A stretch of 64,000 nt of DNA, taken from contig JAQGDQ010000363.1 in the NCBI GenBank assembly GCA_030141605.1, forward strand, positions 170,984-234,983, written 5' to 3'. This DNA comes from Tubiluchus corallicola. Lineage: Eukaryota > Animalia > Priapulida. This document shows, one piece after another, positions 42,797-56,415 of the stretch (the first letter of the stretch is position 1; each line of letters opens with the position of its first letter). The position numbers were made by a program, and so were the translations under genes. The notes below the pieces were generated by a model. That model made no database searches, was not told the DNA's origin, and saw nothing but the letters and a program-made list of their open reading frames with translations.

Positions 42797-42955
42797 GTGA
42801 CCGGTAGAATAAAAGTCACAATTAATTCGGGCTAGGGTTAGGGTTAGGGGTAGGGGTAGAGATTAGGGCTAGGGTTAGGGCTAGGGTTATGGTTAGGGTT
42901 AGGGGTAGAGTTTAGGGTTTTCTTTTTTCCTACGACTTTTTTTACTAGTGACTTC
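42797..42955. repeat. Element with AAAAGTCAC/GACTTT arms around about 14 degenerate TTAGGG-like units
   Basis: gggcta/gggtta/ggggta units at 42829-42919. Confidence 0.7.
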
Positions 42956-43029
42956 ATTACATGGATTCCTAACATTAATTACATTCGATTTTTTACGAAC
43001 TCTATTCTATGTTTTCAACAACTGCATTA

Positions 43030-43614
43030 GGGGAGACCCGGGTAAAGTGGATCACTGGACAAAGCCGATCAAATGCGTTTGCTCTTTTTTCCGTAAGGCG
43101 TCGCAGTCTACGCACTGTGTGATGTACGTCATCATCTACTGTGCATAAACGACCTCGAGCTTTGCAAAGTTTGTCTAAGCACGGTACACAAAAGTAAGTT
43201 TTTCACCCACTTTCTTGCGATTTTTCACTTTTATAGATCATGATGATAAATTCCACTTAGTGCAGATTTATTCGCTACCGTTTTGCATATGATGGATGGT
43301 TCATTGCTGCTTAACATCAATTAACTTTTGCAAAATAGACAAAATCGATTTAAAAGATATTGTTAGTTATGTTGAGCTCAACCGCTCCGGTATGATCCAC
43401 TATGCCCGTAAAAGATCCACTTTGCCCTAGAAATTTTAGTTTCGTATTTCGGAATTATCTGTTAAACGAGTAATAGTAATTATAAGTTTTTACCACACGA
43501 ATATAGCAGAGTTTCCTACGGAAGAATAGGGCATGTAATTGATTGTTACAGATCAAACGTCTTGAACTCTATGAGTGAAAACCTTTAAGTGATCCATTTT
43601 ACCCGGGTCTCCCC
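43030..43614. mobile_element. TA-targeting MITE (Tc1/mariner-pogo type)
   Basis: 26-bp TIR GGGGAGACCCGGGTAAAGTGGATCAC / GTGATCCATTTTACCCGGGTCTCCCC (1 mismatch), TA flanks, two internal GATCCACT.TGCCC copies at ~43394-43428. Confidence 0.92.
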
Positions 43615-43916
43615 TACTTGACAACGATTCATGCTACTAACATTAGGGTTTCAAACTTGAAAACCACGCAGCCATTTACTGTAATTTTAGGAAACAAAGT
43701 AGTGAGTCATCCAGTGAACAAGTTCTGAATCACGTTTACATAAATGGACGAATCAATAAAACTAGGGTTCTCTGAAATTCGAAGCGATTTCAACTATTGG
43801 ACAACGTTATTATAGTATTATTCGTTCAGGATTGGTATTATAAAGCTAGTTGCTGTAAAAGCACGTTATATTCAATGGCGAAATCTGATTTGGAAATGAG
43901 ATCAGCTAATAGATAA

Positions 43917-44166
43917 TAGAAAAGCATCGATTAGAATTCAATCACTTTACGAGAACGGCTAAAAGATATCAGAAAAGCATCGATTAGAATTAAATCACTT
44001 AACGAGAACTGCTAAGAGATATCAGAAAAGCATCGATTAGAATTCAATCACTTAACGAGAACGGCTAAGAGATATCAAAAAGCATCGATTAGAATTCAAT
44101 CACTTAACGAGAACGGCTAAGAGATATCAGAAAAGCATTGATTAGAATTCAATCATTTAACGAGAA
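43917..44166. repeat. ~53-bp tandem repeat, about 4.7 copies
   Basis: agaaaagcatcgattagaattcaatcacttaacgagaacggctaagagatatc units. Confidence 0.95.
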
Positions 44167-45860
44167 AAAAGACTGTAAGTACCAAGTACCAGGTAGGCCT
44201 AAAGACAGTTAAGCAATTATACTTTTTCAAAGCGAATTATACAATTCATACTTTTCAGTCTGTATCACTTTTATTAAAAACAACTTCAGACACAATCTAA
44301 GTAGAATTGAATATCCATCCTACACTAAGAAGCATGTCAAATGTTACAAATCAACAGAGTAGGATTTAAAGTGTCAAAATAAAGGTGGATGAAACTAAAA
44401 GACATCACATAAAAATATTTAAAAAATTGGCTATAATTTTAATATAAATGACTATGATAGCCAAAACGATCGTCTGCGCTCAATAAATATGTCGATTCCT
44501 AGAGGCTGGCTGTTCAAAATGTTCAATTGATGCCAATAATATGACAAGCGGGAATACGCACGTTCACGTAGAAGCTGTTTACAGAAAAACCCGCCTGATG
44601 TGAACCAGCCTTTAGACTCCTCAATGTTAAACAACCAGAACTATCAGGTCTTTCAAACTTCCCTCGCCAAAATCGAAAGCAAAACATTGGGTACAGTTCT
44701 TTGCGAACTACCTGTACTATAACTCATCAAATGATAATATCTTTATCGTTTAAAATCACAAGTTTTCAGACGAGAATAAGTCTACTTATTGATGCTGTTC
44801 AACTCAATGTTTTCCTACAGTGAAACAAATCTACGCTTGTTACGATAGAAAATGGATGGTAATACTGTAAATAAACTTGCAAAACTCTACCCTTTGCATT
44901 TTTGGAAGGCAGTTTTGAAACGCTGTGCCACAAAGATGTGTGATGATAGTTAAGCAACAATGTTGAGATGCAATAATTAGTTTAGAGTGACAATAGTTTG
45001 TGAATGGTATAAAATGAAAATGATTTCACACTTACTAGGATGATTATAATCACATTAGGTTAGCCTGCGGGAAGGTTTGCTAAAGTGAACCAGAAATTCT
45101 AGAATGTTCACAAAACATACGACAAGGACAATTACTGCTATTTTAACAGGTGTGAACATTTTATATAATCAATGTCAGACTTTTTTAAACTTAAAACCCA
45201 CTATGTTAGAAAGGCCAATTACATCGCAGTGATAGTTAAAATGAGAATGTGTATGTGGCTTAATGAGTACCTAGGACCTTCCCTTACAAACCAACTTGCT
45301 ACACCATGCAGCTAGTCCTGTAAACTCATCACTTGTACCCCCATCAAAATTAGGGTTATCCAATTAATTAGAGGCCATGTTTGTTTGAACATTGTCCACA
45401 ATACACTAGCCATTGTTCAAAAAAACAATAACAGACATTTGTAAATAGAATCCAGTGAAGGCTTGTAAACAACTGATCGTTTGTGCAGTATCACAGTAAT
45501 TTTTTTTGTTTCACCTTTATGCAGGATTGGGATGTGTACGACTTTCTGAATAATTAGACGCTGAATACAGGGTTAAAATGGGGATACGTGTCTATTGAAT
45601 ATATTATTATAATAATTCTATTTGTAGTATTCTTATTATTTCTTAATGATTGTGGTTTTACATGTTCTTTGTAATTATCATTGTAAGTGTACTTATAATT
45701 GTGTCTGTGTATTATTCATGTAATTTATGACCTAGCTGTCAAAATAAAAGAATCTAATCTAATCTAATGCCATGATTTGATATAAATCCACAATTGCTTG
45801 AATTTTTTGAAAACAAATATATGAAAAAAGTGGGTTTTCATGTATGAGAATAAACGTGAA

Positions 45861-45920
45861 TCTGGATTTTAACTGGAGACCTTTAGACTACAAGTAATAC
45901 GCATATCCACTAGACTACAC
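45861..45920 (-). mobile_element. Decayed tRNA-derived SINE head
   Basis: Minus strand shows A-box-like TAGTCTAGTGG and B-box-like AGTTAAAATCC at tRNA spacing, but no acceptor stem. Confidence 0.4.
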
Positions 45921-46502
45921 TGTTCAGATTATAAATAATTAGTACATTAGTTTAAAACTTTGAACTTATTGTTTTAGCCCGGCCTTTCCTGAACTTTCTT
46001 CTCATTCATTACCAAGACTGGTGTCTTGACGCACATCATGTGCTTTTCAAATCTAGCTTCCTTGCCTGTCCTGAACTGTAAGGTCATACATGGGCCTCAT
46101 AAACACGCAAGTAAACATTGGTCACGCCACGCTATATGTACACAAACGCGACGCGTGCAAACAAACAATTAAAACGTCAAAATTAAATTGGTCACGCGGG
46201 GCGTTTTGAACAACGTATATTTCCAGTTATTAATGTCAGATGACTCACTAATTGCAGTGGAATTAGTTGCAGAGTAAACCGACCATAACTAATTAATGGT
46301 TGCCATACGGTAAAAGCGTAACGGTAACTAACCGCAAAGGTCTGCCCGCCAATGCCATTACTGGTATTAGCAATTTAGCATTAAGCTGAAACATTTGGGA
46401 TGCACTGTGCAGTCACACAGGTACATCTAATGAAGTAATGATGCTGGGGTTTAGTTCACTATTGCATGAGCTTATGACTACAACAAAAAACTACGCAATC
46501 AC

Positions 46503-46730
46503 CTTCAAATATTTAGCAGGCACAAATCCAACCGCCTCTCCTTCGCCATGAAGAGCTCTGGCAATCCACCACTGTTTATGTCGCCTATCCTCCTCGTTTT
46601 CCAGCACCTCGAAGTGGTCGCCCTTTTTAAAAGCTAGCACGTTCTCATTTTGTACACCCTCGTCATCAGACGTGTTCTGTTGACATCTAGGCGGAGGGGT
46701 AAAATCAGAGATTGCACGGTGAACTTCCAT
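46503..46730 (-). CDS. SH3-domain exon, probable first coding exon of a long SH3-FAM107 isoform
   Basis: SH3 hallmarks AISDF, LAFKKGDHFEVL, WWIAR, GFVPAKYLK. ATG is immediately preceded by in-frame TGA; acceptor ctttccaacag lies 14 nt upstream; AAG|gtgatt donor, phase 0. Confidence 0.88.
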
Positions 46731-49700
46731 TCACAACAATTAAACTGTTGGAAAGTAAGTTTATAACCTCAAATATGCACTACAGCAACATTATAATTTA
46801 AACCAACTCGCTTTTATGCAACTGCACAGCTTTTACACTGTACAGTGTGCACAGCGTGCAATGAGCATTGTTGACATTCAATTTGTCATACAAGGCCACC
46901 TGGTTTGTCATGCTGCCAAAGCTCACGATGCTGCTGCTATGGATCGTGTCGCCATCTTTTGACAACTGAGTCAAATCGTTCATAATCAGAAATGAAGATT
47001 TATACACAAGATTGAAAGAAATTCCTTAGAGTTCAAGTCTAGCACCGAAGATTAAGGTGCTAGGACGTCTTAATACATTACTCAGTGAAAAACTAGTAAA
47101 AGTCAACATAGAAGAAGCCTTAAAAGCTTGCAAAAACCACCTGGCAAAGAAAAAACTACTTTGATCGGTAAAACAAATATGTTCAACAACTTCAACCAAA
47201 TCTGTGTGCTGCAGATAGGAGTGGGTGAAATGCTCTAATAAATGACAATGCCTCATCTACAACAGGATGAGAATTTAGCGGAGCCGATGATGATAACAGG
47301 AGCAACTCTTCATTCTAAATTACCATATATAATCTTGTCCGTCCTAGACGTTTTTATGCAGTTCTCTTTCTACAGCTGCCCTTTTCAGTATTTTCTTTGT
47401 TTGTTAATGCTTTTAATAAAAGAACTTTTCAAATTCAACTATTCAAGTTCTCCGTTATAAAAAGCCAAAATTTTGCTTTTACAATCTGCAATTGTTGTTT
47501 CAGGATTGCTCATGAATGTAAAAAAATTAAAACAAACTACACGAAAAGGTAAAATATTATGTAAATCGTTTACGAGTATGCAAACCATACTATCATTCAT
47601 GAAATCTTGTACTTAATAAACCCAATAAATTTTTTGTAATGAACCAATAAACTGTGCCCAAACACTTGTATAATGTGAGTACTTTATTTATTTAGTATGC
47701 ACAACTGTGCAGAAAAATATAAATCAGAATATAGTAATACGTCGGTTTTTACATTTTAATGCTTCAAACGCTTGTTACGTATTATATTTATATGTACAAA
47801 ATTAATTACTTAGCAGTATATACATGCAGTACGTTATACGTTCATACAATATAAATGGCTAAATGCATAACTACAGTCCACAACAGAAATGCAATACATG
47901 CCAAGATTAAATAAACTACCTAACAGAAAAGTTTTGACAAACGTGTTAATTAAGCAACCGGGCTACAGGTAGACAGATTCTAAGCTCCAATAAAAATTTG
48001 TGATACGTATAGAAATATGTGGTAAAGATGTTGTTACAATAAGTTTTAGAAGAGGCATAAGATAACTACAGTACACTAAACTGCTCAACATAGAGCAAAA
48101 TGCCATTTTAAATTATTCATTAAGGAAGTATAAAAAACTAACATACAGACAATACCAAATTCTAACATTATAATTACAGTGTACTTATTGTACAATTAAA
48201 TGCATTACACAAATGTAAACTAAGTGTTATCAAATTGTCTATATAGTTACTCATTATTTGTGCAAGAAATGTGCACTTAATCAGCACTGGTCTAAAGATG
48301 CAAAAATATACATTTAGATCATGTATTAAAAGTGAGCAAAATGCGCAATGATTCAGTGATGATAGGTCTGCAAATGTGTGGTAGTTAGTCCATGAAATAT
48401 TTTGATTTTTGCCTAACAAGGAGCACATTATTTATATTTTCAAAGTCTAATGTGCCGCACTGTCTGCACATTCTGAATTCATATGCTTAAGTTCAAGCAG
48501 TGACGGCTCGTAGTTGGAATTAGTGGTGGTGCTGCTTCAGAAAATGTTTAGCCATTGTTTTAATAATGTTTAAAACGAAACAAGCATATGTAATTTTAAT
48601 GCTGTCATTTAAAACAAAGCAACATACAAAATTTTATACATAAACTTGATAAAATCCTAAACGAAAAATTTTTACTTAAAATTGCCACAGTTCAAGGATA
48701 TTCCAGTACATGGTTTCTAAGCATGTGATAACTGACAATAAACTGTGTGAGCGACAGTACTTTCTCTACCTAGTAGCAGAGGCTAGCAGTGCACCGTACA
48801 GCATGTTATTTCAGATATGGCCACATGCGCACAACAACTAAACACAGCACCATGTTGGGCTGTGAAACAAACAGTACGACCCTCACATGCTCTGGTTCCG
48901 TACAAGTAGAAAGAAAGAACTAAGGAAAAAACTTATTGTACTGTATATTATTGATAATACTGACTGAAAACAGGGGGTGCTGCAGTTCCGCAGTACCTAT
49001 ACATGGGCTGCCACTGAGTCCAAGTCTACTGTCCCACAATGTCTGCACAATCTGCATTCATTAGCTTGAGTACAAATTTTGACTGAAAAGAAAGCTAATT
49101 GGAAGATAAAAAAACATTCATGATGGAATAATGGAAAATAACTTTTTAGGTACCTTACTTTGATGGCTGAAACTATGCACATTACTAAAAGTATTTAAAA
49201 CAGGTTTCCATTAAAACAAAACATTTCAACTGCTGTTTTTTTTTGTTAAAATAAAAGCAAAAATGCGCAAAGAAAGCATGTACATATTCGCGAGTGTGGC
49301 ATATAGAATAGCTAAATTATGCCAACACTTCTGTGCTATTTTGTAAAATAATATTAGTTTTGAAAAAATCGGATATATGAACGTGTCACAAAGTTTGATA
49401 ATACTGTCCTCAAAAACATTTTTATAAATTTTACAAAGAAACCGGCAGATTACTACAGGATGCGCAATAACATTAGAAAACAACTGAAATTGTATTGCAA
49501 ATTTTCCACTCTTATTTGTTTTGTGAACTGCATTACTAAAATTAATGCCACAATTGCTGATCATATTACAAACAATGGTCAAATTATCTCAAATTAAAAA
49601 ATAAAAAACAAAGTAAAATTAAACACCTGACTAACCTTCTCTTACTAGGCAAGGTTGTTGGCTTCTCATCTAGGTAAACAACCAATGTAAAAATAAGAAA

Positions 49701-49740
49701 GTAACATTCTTTATCAATGTTAATTGTCATGTTTGCTATG

Positions 49741-49885
49741 TTTAAAACTTGGGATCCCACTACAACCTCATCGTTCCATCATCTGATGAATATCATGTCA
49801 GTAGCTTGTCGTGTTTGCTACATTTAAAACTTCGGATCCCACTACAACCCCATTGTTCCATCATTAATATCATGTCAGTAACTTC
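49741..49885. repeat. ~82-bp imperfect tandem duplication in the presumed RhoGEF 3' UTR
   Basis: tttaaaactt.ggatcccactacaacc...aatatcatgtcagta.ctt occurs twice. Confidence 0.85.
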
Positions 49886-50143
49886 ATTGTCAGTGCTATT
49901 ACTAACAACAGATTTTTATCCGCCCCTTTTAGAAGGTATAATAATATACATCTATACATCTACTTCAGACTTTGCACAAAGCTAATAAGCTGTATTAAGC
50001 AAACATTTAATTACTGTCGCCATCTATTGGACTAGAAAAAAGTTAGCGTCATGGCTTATAATTTTTCTCAATTCTAAGTGTAAAAAGCACTTTTTTAAAT
50101 ATTCAGTTTATACATTAATTAAACAAGTAAAGTTAAATGTCAC

Positions 50144-50769
50144 CTATTTCTTACTGTTGACATGGTCTTCTAACGTTAACCTAACTCGGCTCCTCTTTTT
50201 AGGCACGGGTTTGCCTTTCACGTTCGCCTCTTCCACGTCTCCGGAAAGCGGAGTTTTGCGACCGGTGCAATGATTGCTCGTTGGTCTTATCATATCAGGG
50301 CTAATTTTTGTGTTATCTCTTTTATCTGGTTGTGGTGAATCGGAAGTCCTTTGTTCCACATCTGGTTCCTCTGGCTGGTCTAAGGTGCCAGTACTTCCAC
50401 GTAAAACGCTTGTTCCATCTCCTCTCTGTTCTTGGAATGTCGTAGTATCCTCTATTTTCTGTTTCTTTCCCCCTTCAACAATGTCATCACTGCTAGCTCG
50501 TTTCTTTGGAATGGAGCTGCCTATGGGCTGATCACTGGTCTCAACAATATGCTTATTGTCAGTATCATCACTGTTAGACAAGAAAACAACTGGATGATCC
50601 ACTTTGTTGTTTGTAGCAACAATGGAATGCTTATCGTCATTGTCAGAGGTTGGAACAATAGAACGCAGGCATTGAGTCCATTGTCTTTTGTTGTGTTCGT
50701 CGCTTGTTTCAAATGTATGCCCGTGCGTAGGATCGTGTTTCGAATACGTTCTAAACATGTAGCGAGTTG
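50144..50769 (-). CDS. ARHGEF3/NET1: RhoGEF last coding exon: PH end plus low-complexity C-terminal tail
   Basis: tactttag acceptor, phase 1. ATRYMFRTY...HTFETSDEHNKRQWTQCLR is the PH terminal helix; frame open to TAG at 50144-50146. Confidence 0.88.
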
Positions 50770-51047
50770 CTAAAGTAAGAAAAAATAATTAAGAAGCAGG
50801 TAGAAAAAAAGTTTAAGAAAGAGTTCCAGGAATGTTCGACTATAAAAATGGTCTTAAGATCTGCAGACATCTGTAAAATGAATTTTACAAATACTCAGAA
50901 TTCAGACATTAAGAAATAAACCTTTTCACAGTTCCAATGATCGATGATGATCGGGAAAAAGACAAAGGTTAAGAGAAACCTAACGTTATCTGAACCAAAC
51001 AACGCATTTGTTTACGCTTGACAATGCCTTGCAACCCATGCTTTTGT

Positions 51048-51364
51048 AGCAGCAACAGCAACAACAACAACAACAGCAACAGCAGCAGCAGCAACAACAA
51101 CAAACAACAACAACAACAGCAGCAACAAGAGCAACAGCAGCAGCAACAACAACAACAGCAGCAGCAACAACAACAACAACAGCAGTAACAACAACAACAA
51201 CAACAGCAGCAGCAGCAACAACAACAGCAAGAGCAACAGCAGCAACAAAAACAACAAACAACAACAACAGCAACAACAACAGCAAGAGAGTTGACTACCA
51301 CTGCCGCCGTCACCACCATCACTACCACAGCACACCAGCAGCAGTGGCAACAGCAACAGCAACA
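51048..51364. repeat. (CAA/CAG)n microsatellite, intronic
   Basis: Direct reading. Confidence 0.95.
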
Positions 51365-51494
51365 ATTTTACTTACACTGTTGTTATCTGTAAGTAATAAT
51401 GCACACAACATACATTCAGTGAATTACAATGAATTTCATTTGATTAATAGCTCCTATTTAGTTATCAGGAATAAAACACAATGCTAACACTAAC

Positions 51495-51690
51495 CAACTC
51501 CTTGAGAAAGAGAAGTAAGCGAACGTCGGAATGAGGCCCTCCGCAATCCACCTCCCTTTTCGTTGATGTCCTCAAACTGTAAATCTGACACCGGGATGGA
51601 ATGACGCTGCACCTGGTAGAAGGTTCGTTCGCATCGTGTGATCCGCCGGGTCACGACGAGAATTTTCTCAAACAAGAACACGTCAATTTT
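51495..51690 (-). CDS. ARHGEF3/NET1: RhoGEF exon, PH domain
   Basis: ttttctag / G|gttagt, 196 nt, phase 0-1. KIDVFLFEKILVVTRR...YQVQRHSIPVSDLQFEDI. Confidence 0.93.
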
Positions 51691-52552
51691 CTAGAAAATT
51701 ATGAAGAGCAATTAAACGTAAATAAATCGCAATCATTATCATCACAGACAGCAGCTTATTAATGCAGTTATTTGAACAAGAATTTTACATTGATTTTATT
51801 GCTTGATTCATTAATGGTCCTACAGTTTTAAACGTCCAAGAGCATATTTAACGATGCAATCTAAGTGATGATTTTTTATCTATTTGTTGTTTAGCCAGAA
51901 CTTGTTGTAACATGAAAAAAATTGCCCTTGTTGGCTTTGAGATAACCTTTATAACCTTGAAAGTTCCATCAAATAAGGGGTAAATTGTTAAAATTTGGTA
52001 AATCTGAAGTGTTAAAACATTGAATATCTATTGTTAAACGATTTTAAATAAATACAAACATAACAATTTAATACGTTTTCTTCTCTTGAATTTCCAGTTT
52101 AGCTAAAGCTAGTTAACGCAGCTTTCTATAAAGAAAACCTTTGGAAATTACAGTATGGCCTGTAAAAATGTCGCACAAAGATTTCCGCACAACAGTGATT
52201 AAACTGGAATCTTTGTCAATATGCGCAAACGTTCCTCAGTGTTATAAATCTGCACTAAGTTTGATTGTCACAATAAACATTCACAATTTCTATGATAGGA
52301 TTTGCCAAATGGCAACAGGAAAAGCTGCAGCTAAGCAAGTCGCACTCAGTACTTTTGGATTTACTCTTAATTAAAGAAAAATAACACATTTTCAGCCAAA
52401 TGAAGCTTATTATTTGGCAATAAATATAAAAAGCAACACATGCCTGACAATAGCAGTATCCAGGTTAAAATTGTACATTTGCAATATTGGAAATGGGTAG
52501 AAAAAGGTGATAATATCAATACCTCTAGTCACAAATGCAACTTATAAGCATC

Positions 52553-52584
<32 letters not shown>

Positions 52585-52887
52585 GCAAAAAGTACAGTGC
52601 CACTACACACACACACACACACACACCTTAATTACCTTTTAACTACGCCATTTTGAAGTACTGTAAAAAGTATACATCTTAACACCTATAATAATGCTAG
52701 AGTTTCTAAACCGGAAAGCAAATTAGTACAGTTCCACTACACGCACGCACGCACACACCTAGAGAGTAAGTCTACATTTATATATGAAAGAATTAAAAAT
52801 AACATAGTGAACAAAGAAGTTTCAATTACAATTTTTGTATTGGTTAATTGAGAAAGCAGCTGCCTATGTTAGGTTTTGACTACGTAC

Positions 52888-53061
52888 CGTTCCACGAGTA
52901 TTTCTCAGTTCCCCAGCACAAGCAAGATAACGAGAGTTGTTAATTAGCGAGTGCTCAAGCTCGTTATGGTGAGGAAAATAAAGTCGGTCGATTACAAACT
53001 GACACTTGCTCTCTCCTGTCCTGACATCCACTTCGCTGATCACTTTCTCAAAACCGGAAAT
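52888..53061 (-). CDS. ARHGEF3/NET1: RhoGEF exon, DH end and PH start
   Basis: ttttcctttaag acceptor (AAG), ACG|gtacgt donor, 174 nt, phase 0-0. ISGFEKVISEVDVRTGESKCQF...SRYLACAGELRNTRGT. Confidence 0.92.
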
Positions 53062-54852
53062 CTTAAAGGAAAACAGGCAAATATTTTTAATTACCTTTTA
53101 TTAACTACACCATTTTGAAGTACAGTAAAAAGTATACATCTTAACATCTATAATCATATAATAATGCTAGTTTCTAATAATTAAATAATAGATTAAAAAT
53201 TTTATTAACAGAAAACGAGCCCAACTAGACGTGACAACACAAACGAACATAATTTTCAACAGCACAAACATTCCACGAGCATGTTGTCCGTGTGTGCGAA
53301 AGCAAGAAAGTACAGTGCCACTGTATAACATTCGGTGTGATATGCAAAAAATTGCCAAATCTTAAGTTTAAAATTCAAATTTCAAGTTTATCATGCATGA
53401 GCTTTCGAACGTGTAGCAGTACATCACTAGTGAACACCTCTGAACTGAGAAGTACAGCACCTGTTGTTTCGTGCAATGCACTTCCAAGATGTTGGGGCTA
53501 GAGCCCATCTATGTAGTGAATGGCAAAATGTATGAAACAGCAAAGAACAAAATTAGCAATGACGAAATTACATTTCTGTGATAATAATAACACTTTTACA
53601 TAAGTCATTCTTGAAAAAATAGTGTTTCCTTTTACTATTTTACAGGAAAAATTTGCTTTAAATTACAGTTTAAGATGGGGTCTGGTTTCTCTTTAAAACA
53701 ATGCAGCAAATGCAAAATCTGATTAACTTACAACAGGGTAATAAATGTACAAGGTGATCAGACACATTTCATTTAAACAAACAAACAAACAGACAAACAG
53801 GCTTGTTAACAGTATGTAGTACATAACTCAAAAGACAGAACGGAGTAGTACAGCTCCATTATTTGTGCCCCAACTTCTAGGCCTGAGGAAGTTTACCCTA
53901 TTGCACAGGCTAATCAAATGCACTACTGACACGACACCCAAAAGTGCAAAAAATTGAAAATAATTTTAAAAAACAAACAGCCTATTCAATAATTTGTAAA
54001 AGCACATAACTGGATGCATAAATTGCTACAGACCCAAGTAGTATAGCTACATTATCTTTGCATTAATTTTTAATCGTGACATTGACGACAATGCACAAAT
54101 GACCCAACTATACTACCGACACAAGCAGAAAATTGACAAACTAATTACAAATGGAAAAGAGCATCATAAAAAGGAAAGAAAACATTTAATATCTACAGAG
54201 TTATTGACTGAGCAACAAAAATGGTTGCATTTCAACACAGTTTGAATGTTGAGCTGATTTCAAGAAATAAATAAGTTGATAAATAAATAAATAAATTGAT
54301 TTCAACAGTCTAAATAAAATTATTAGTATATCTCTCTTGATTTAAACAGGAGAAGAATCACACCTTAGACATTGTATACAAATGCAGTTAATGATATTTT
54401 ATATATTTTATAGGGTAATTGCAATTACAATTCGCATAATACATATGCTGTTTACAAAAACATAAATACACACATATATAAAACTATAAAAAACATATAC
54501 TATGTTAATCAGAATACAATGATACAAGTCAAATTCAATAATTTAAACTAAAGACAGACCATCTAACTTTGATGTATAAACCCAATGGCACAACATAAAT
54601 AAACATAAACACAAATTTAAGATGACTGCATACGCATATAGTATTTAATTTACATAAGTGATGTTAATTACATATATAGTTCGAATTTTTTTATTTATAC
54701 TAATTACATCCTGGAACTGAAACGTTTTAAAACAAAATGACAAGCAATTTGGAAAATTTAAGAATCGTCTGAACATGCTAATAATTTTTGTTTGACATCA
54801 CCCGAAAAGTAAAATTTACACATAGAGAACTAATTTCTGTGTAAACACTTAC

Positions 54853-54894
54853 AGCTTTGTGCAACAGTTCCTCATCTTCATGGCCCTCTGGTGT
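54853..54894 (-). CDS. ARHGEF3/NET1: RhoGEF exon, DH domain
   Basis: attttag / GCT|gtaagt, 42 nt, phase 0-0. TPEGHEDEELLHKA. Confidence 0.92.
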
Positions 54895-55036
54895 CTAAAA
54901 TACGAAATGAAAAGTTACCGTAAAACAAAAGGCGATTTATTTTCTGTTATTACAGTGGGAGAGCAAATTTAGAAAAAAATATTTATAGATGGTGCTGTTC
55001 ATGATACGTAAATCATATAAAATGATGAAAACATAC

Positions 55037-55095
55037 GTATTTGAGAATAGTCTTGAGTAGAAGAGGATATTTTACAAGTCTGCTTCGTGGCACAT
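55037..55095 (-). CDS. ARHGEF3/NET1: RhoGEF exon, DH domain conserved region 3
   Basis: cttttcag / TAC|gtatgt, 59 nt, phase 1-0. DVPRSRLVKYPLLLKTILKY. Confidence 0.96.
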
Positions 55096-56258
55096 CTGAA
55101 AAGAGCACAACATAAAAATCAGAAGATAATAAGCACTAACAAAAAATATCTAGAACCACTACACTGAAAAACAAAACAAAAAATCTACAGGTTGTTTCAA
55201 AAGAAACAGTGTAGTAAAATATAATGGCGCGCCAAAATATTATGACCTAATCACAAGAGGCTTTACGAAACAAGTACAAGGAGGGTTCCATACTTGGATC
55301 ATATAAACTAAACATGCATTTACTGATATGAATGGATGAAGTTATCATTGTAAATAAATTCCACTAGGGGGATTGACGTGCCCTACTGCTGCAAGCTTTA
55401 AATAATGAAAAAACAAATACACTGCTGAAAAAATCTAGAAATTCGCTACAACCTGTAAAAATACGTTTATTAGATCTACCAAGACACTTTTATGTTTTTT
55501 TGAACTGTTACTAAGAAACATTATCGTTATCTTCATATTGAATACCGTATTATGGCAACTCCATATTTGATTTAACTGACAGTATTAATGTATTTGCAGT
55601 GGAATGTAGAAAAATTTTATGCCGTTTTCTTCAAATTCCAAAGAATTTTCATTGCAGTATGACAACATATATTGCTGATACGTGTCCCTTTAGGAAGATA
55701 ATTGTCAAACATACATTGAACTCCCCGAAATATATTAATAACTCTAATAATGAACTGTTGAGTGTATTGTCAATGTTTAATACTCACAGTAGCTTAACAA
55801 CGTTGTGAAAGAAGAACAGTTTTGTACATTAATATAATGACAAATACTTTTAATAAACGGATAGCATATGAACTTTATTCGTGCTGAACAACGAGATATT
55901 GATACCCAAATTGTAAATATGACGAAATTGAAGAATTTTGTTCGATTAATTAAATAAGTATTTTTTTATTCATATTGTTACTATTATACTGATTTCGCAA
56001 TGTTATGTATATATAAGTGTAAGATGATATTTTGTTTACTTTTTGAAAAGTCAATTATATAAGTGTATATATACAAAAAAGCAAACAAAATATCAACTTA
56101 GGAACAAATCAAAAACTTACTTCATAATTGCAAATCAGCAAGAAATATTCAAACTAACTCCAGTAAAGCAACTCAGTGTAATAAGTACAGGTATTTGTTG
56201 TAATATACATACATCAAGGCCTTGAGCCTTGCATTTATATTTCAATGTTAAATTTTAC

Positions 56259-56415
56259 CCAAGAAACTCCACAAGTCAAGCTTTCTGCTGAATGGAGACT
56301 CGATGCAACGCTGTAAAAAATCGCCAACCCTTTTATCTGATTGTTTTTCGTCCAATAACGATTTAGCGTAGACTTGGTTAGCGCAGTAATCAACGTAGCA
56401 TGATATACCGGGCAA
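56259..56415 (-). CDS. ARHGEF3/NET1: RhoGEF exon, DH domain
   Basis: tttttcag / G|gtaaaa, 157 nt, phase 0-1. LPGISCYVDYCANQVYAKSLLDEKQSDKRVGDFLQRCIESPFSRKLDLWSFL; ESPFSRKLDLW is diagnostic of NET1/ARHGEF3. Confidence 0.97.

Noticed and set aside
42829-42919. True telomere or fusion site
   Set aside because: Short, degenerate, single orientation and embedded in a repeat element.
46744-50155. Read-through fusion of the RhoGEF to the SH3 exon (DH-PH-SH3)
   Set aside because: The SH3 ATG is preceded by an in-frame TGA within the exon, and splicing from the RhoGEF phase-1 donor gives ATT-TAA.
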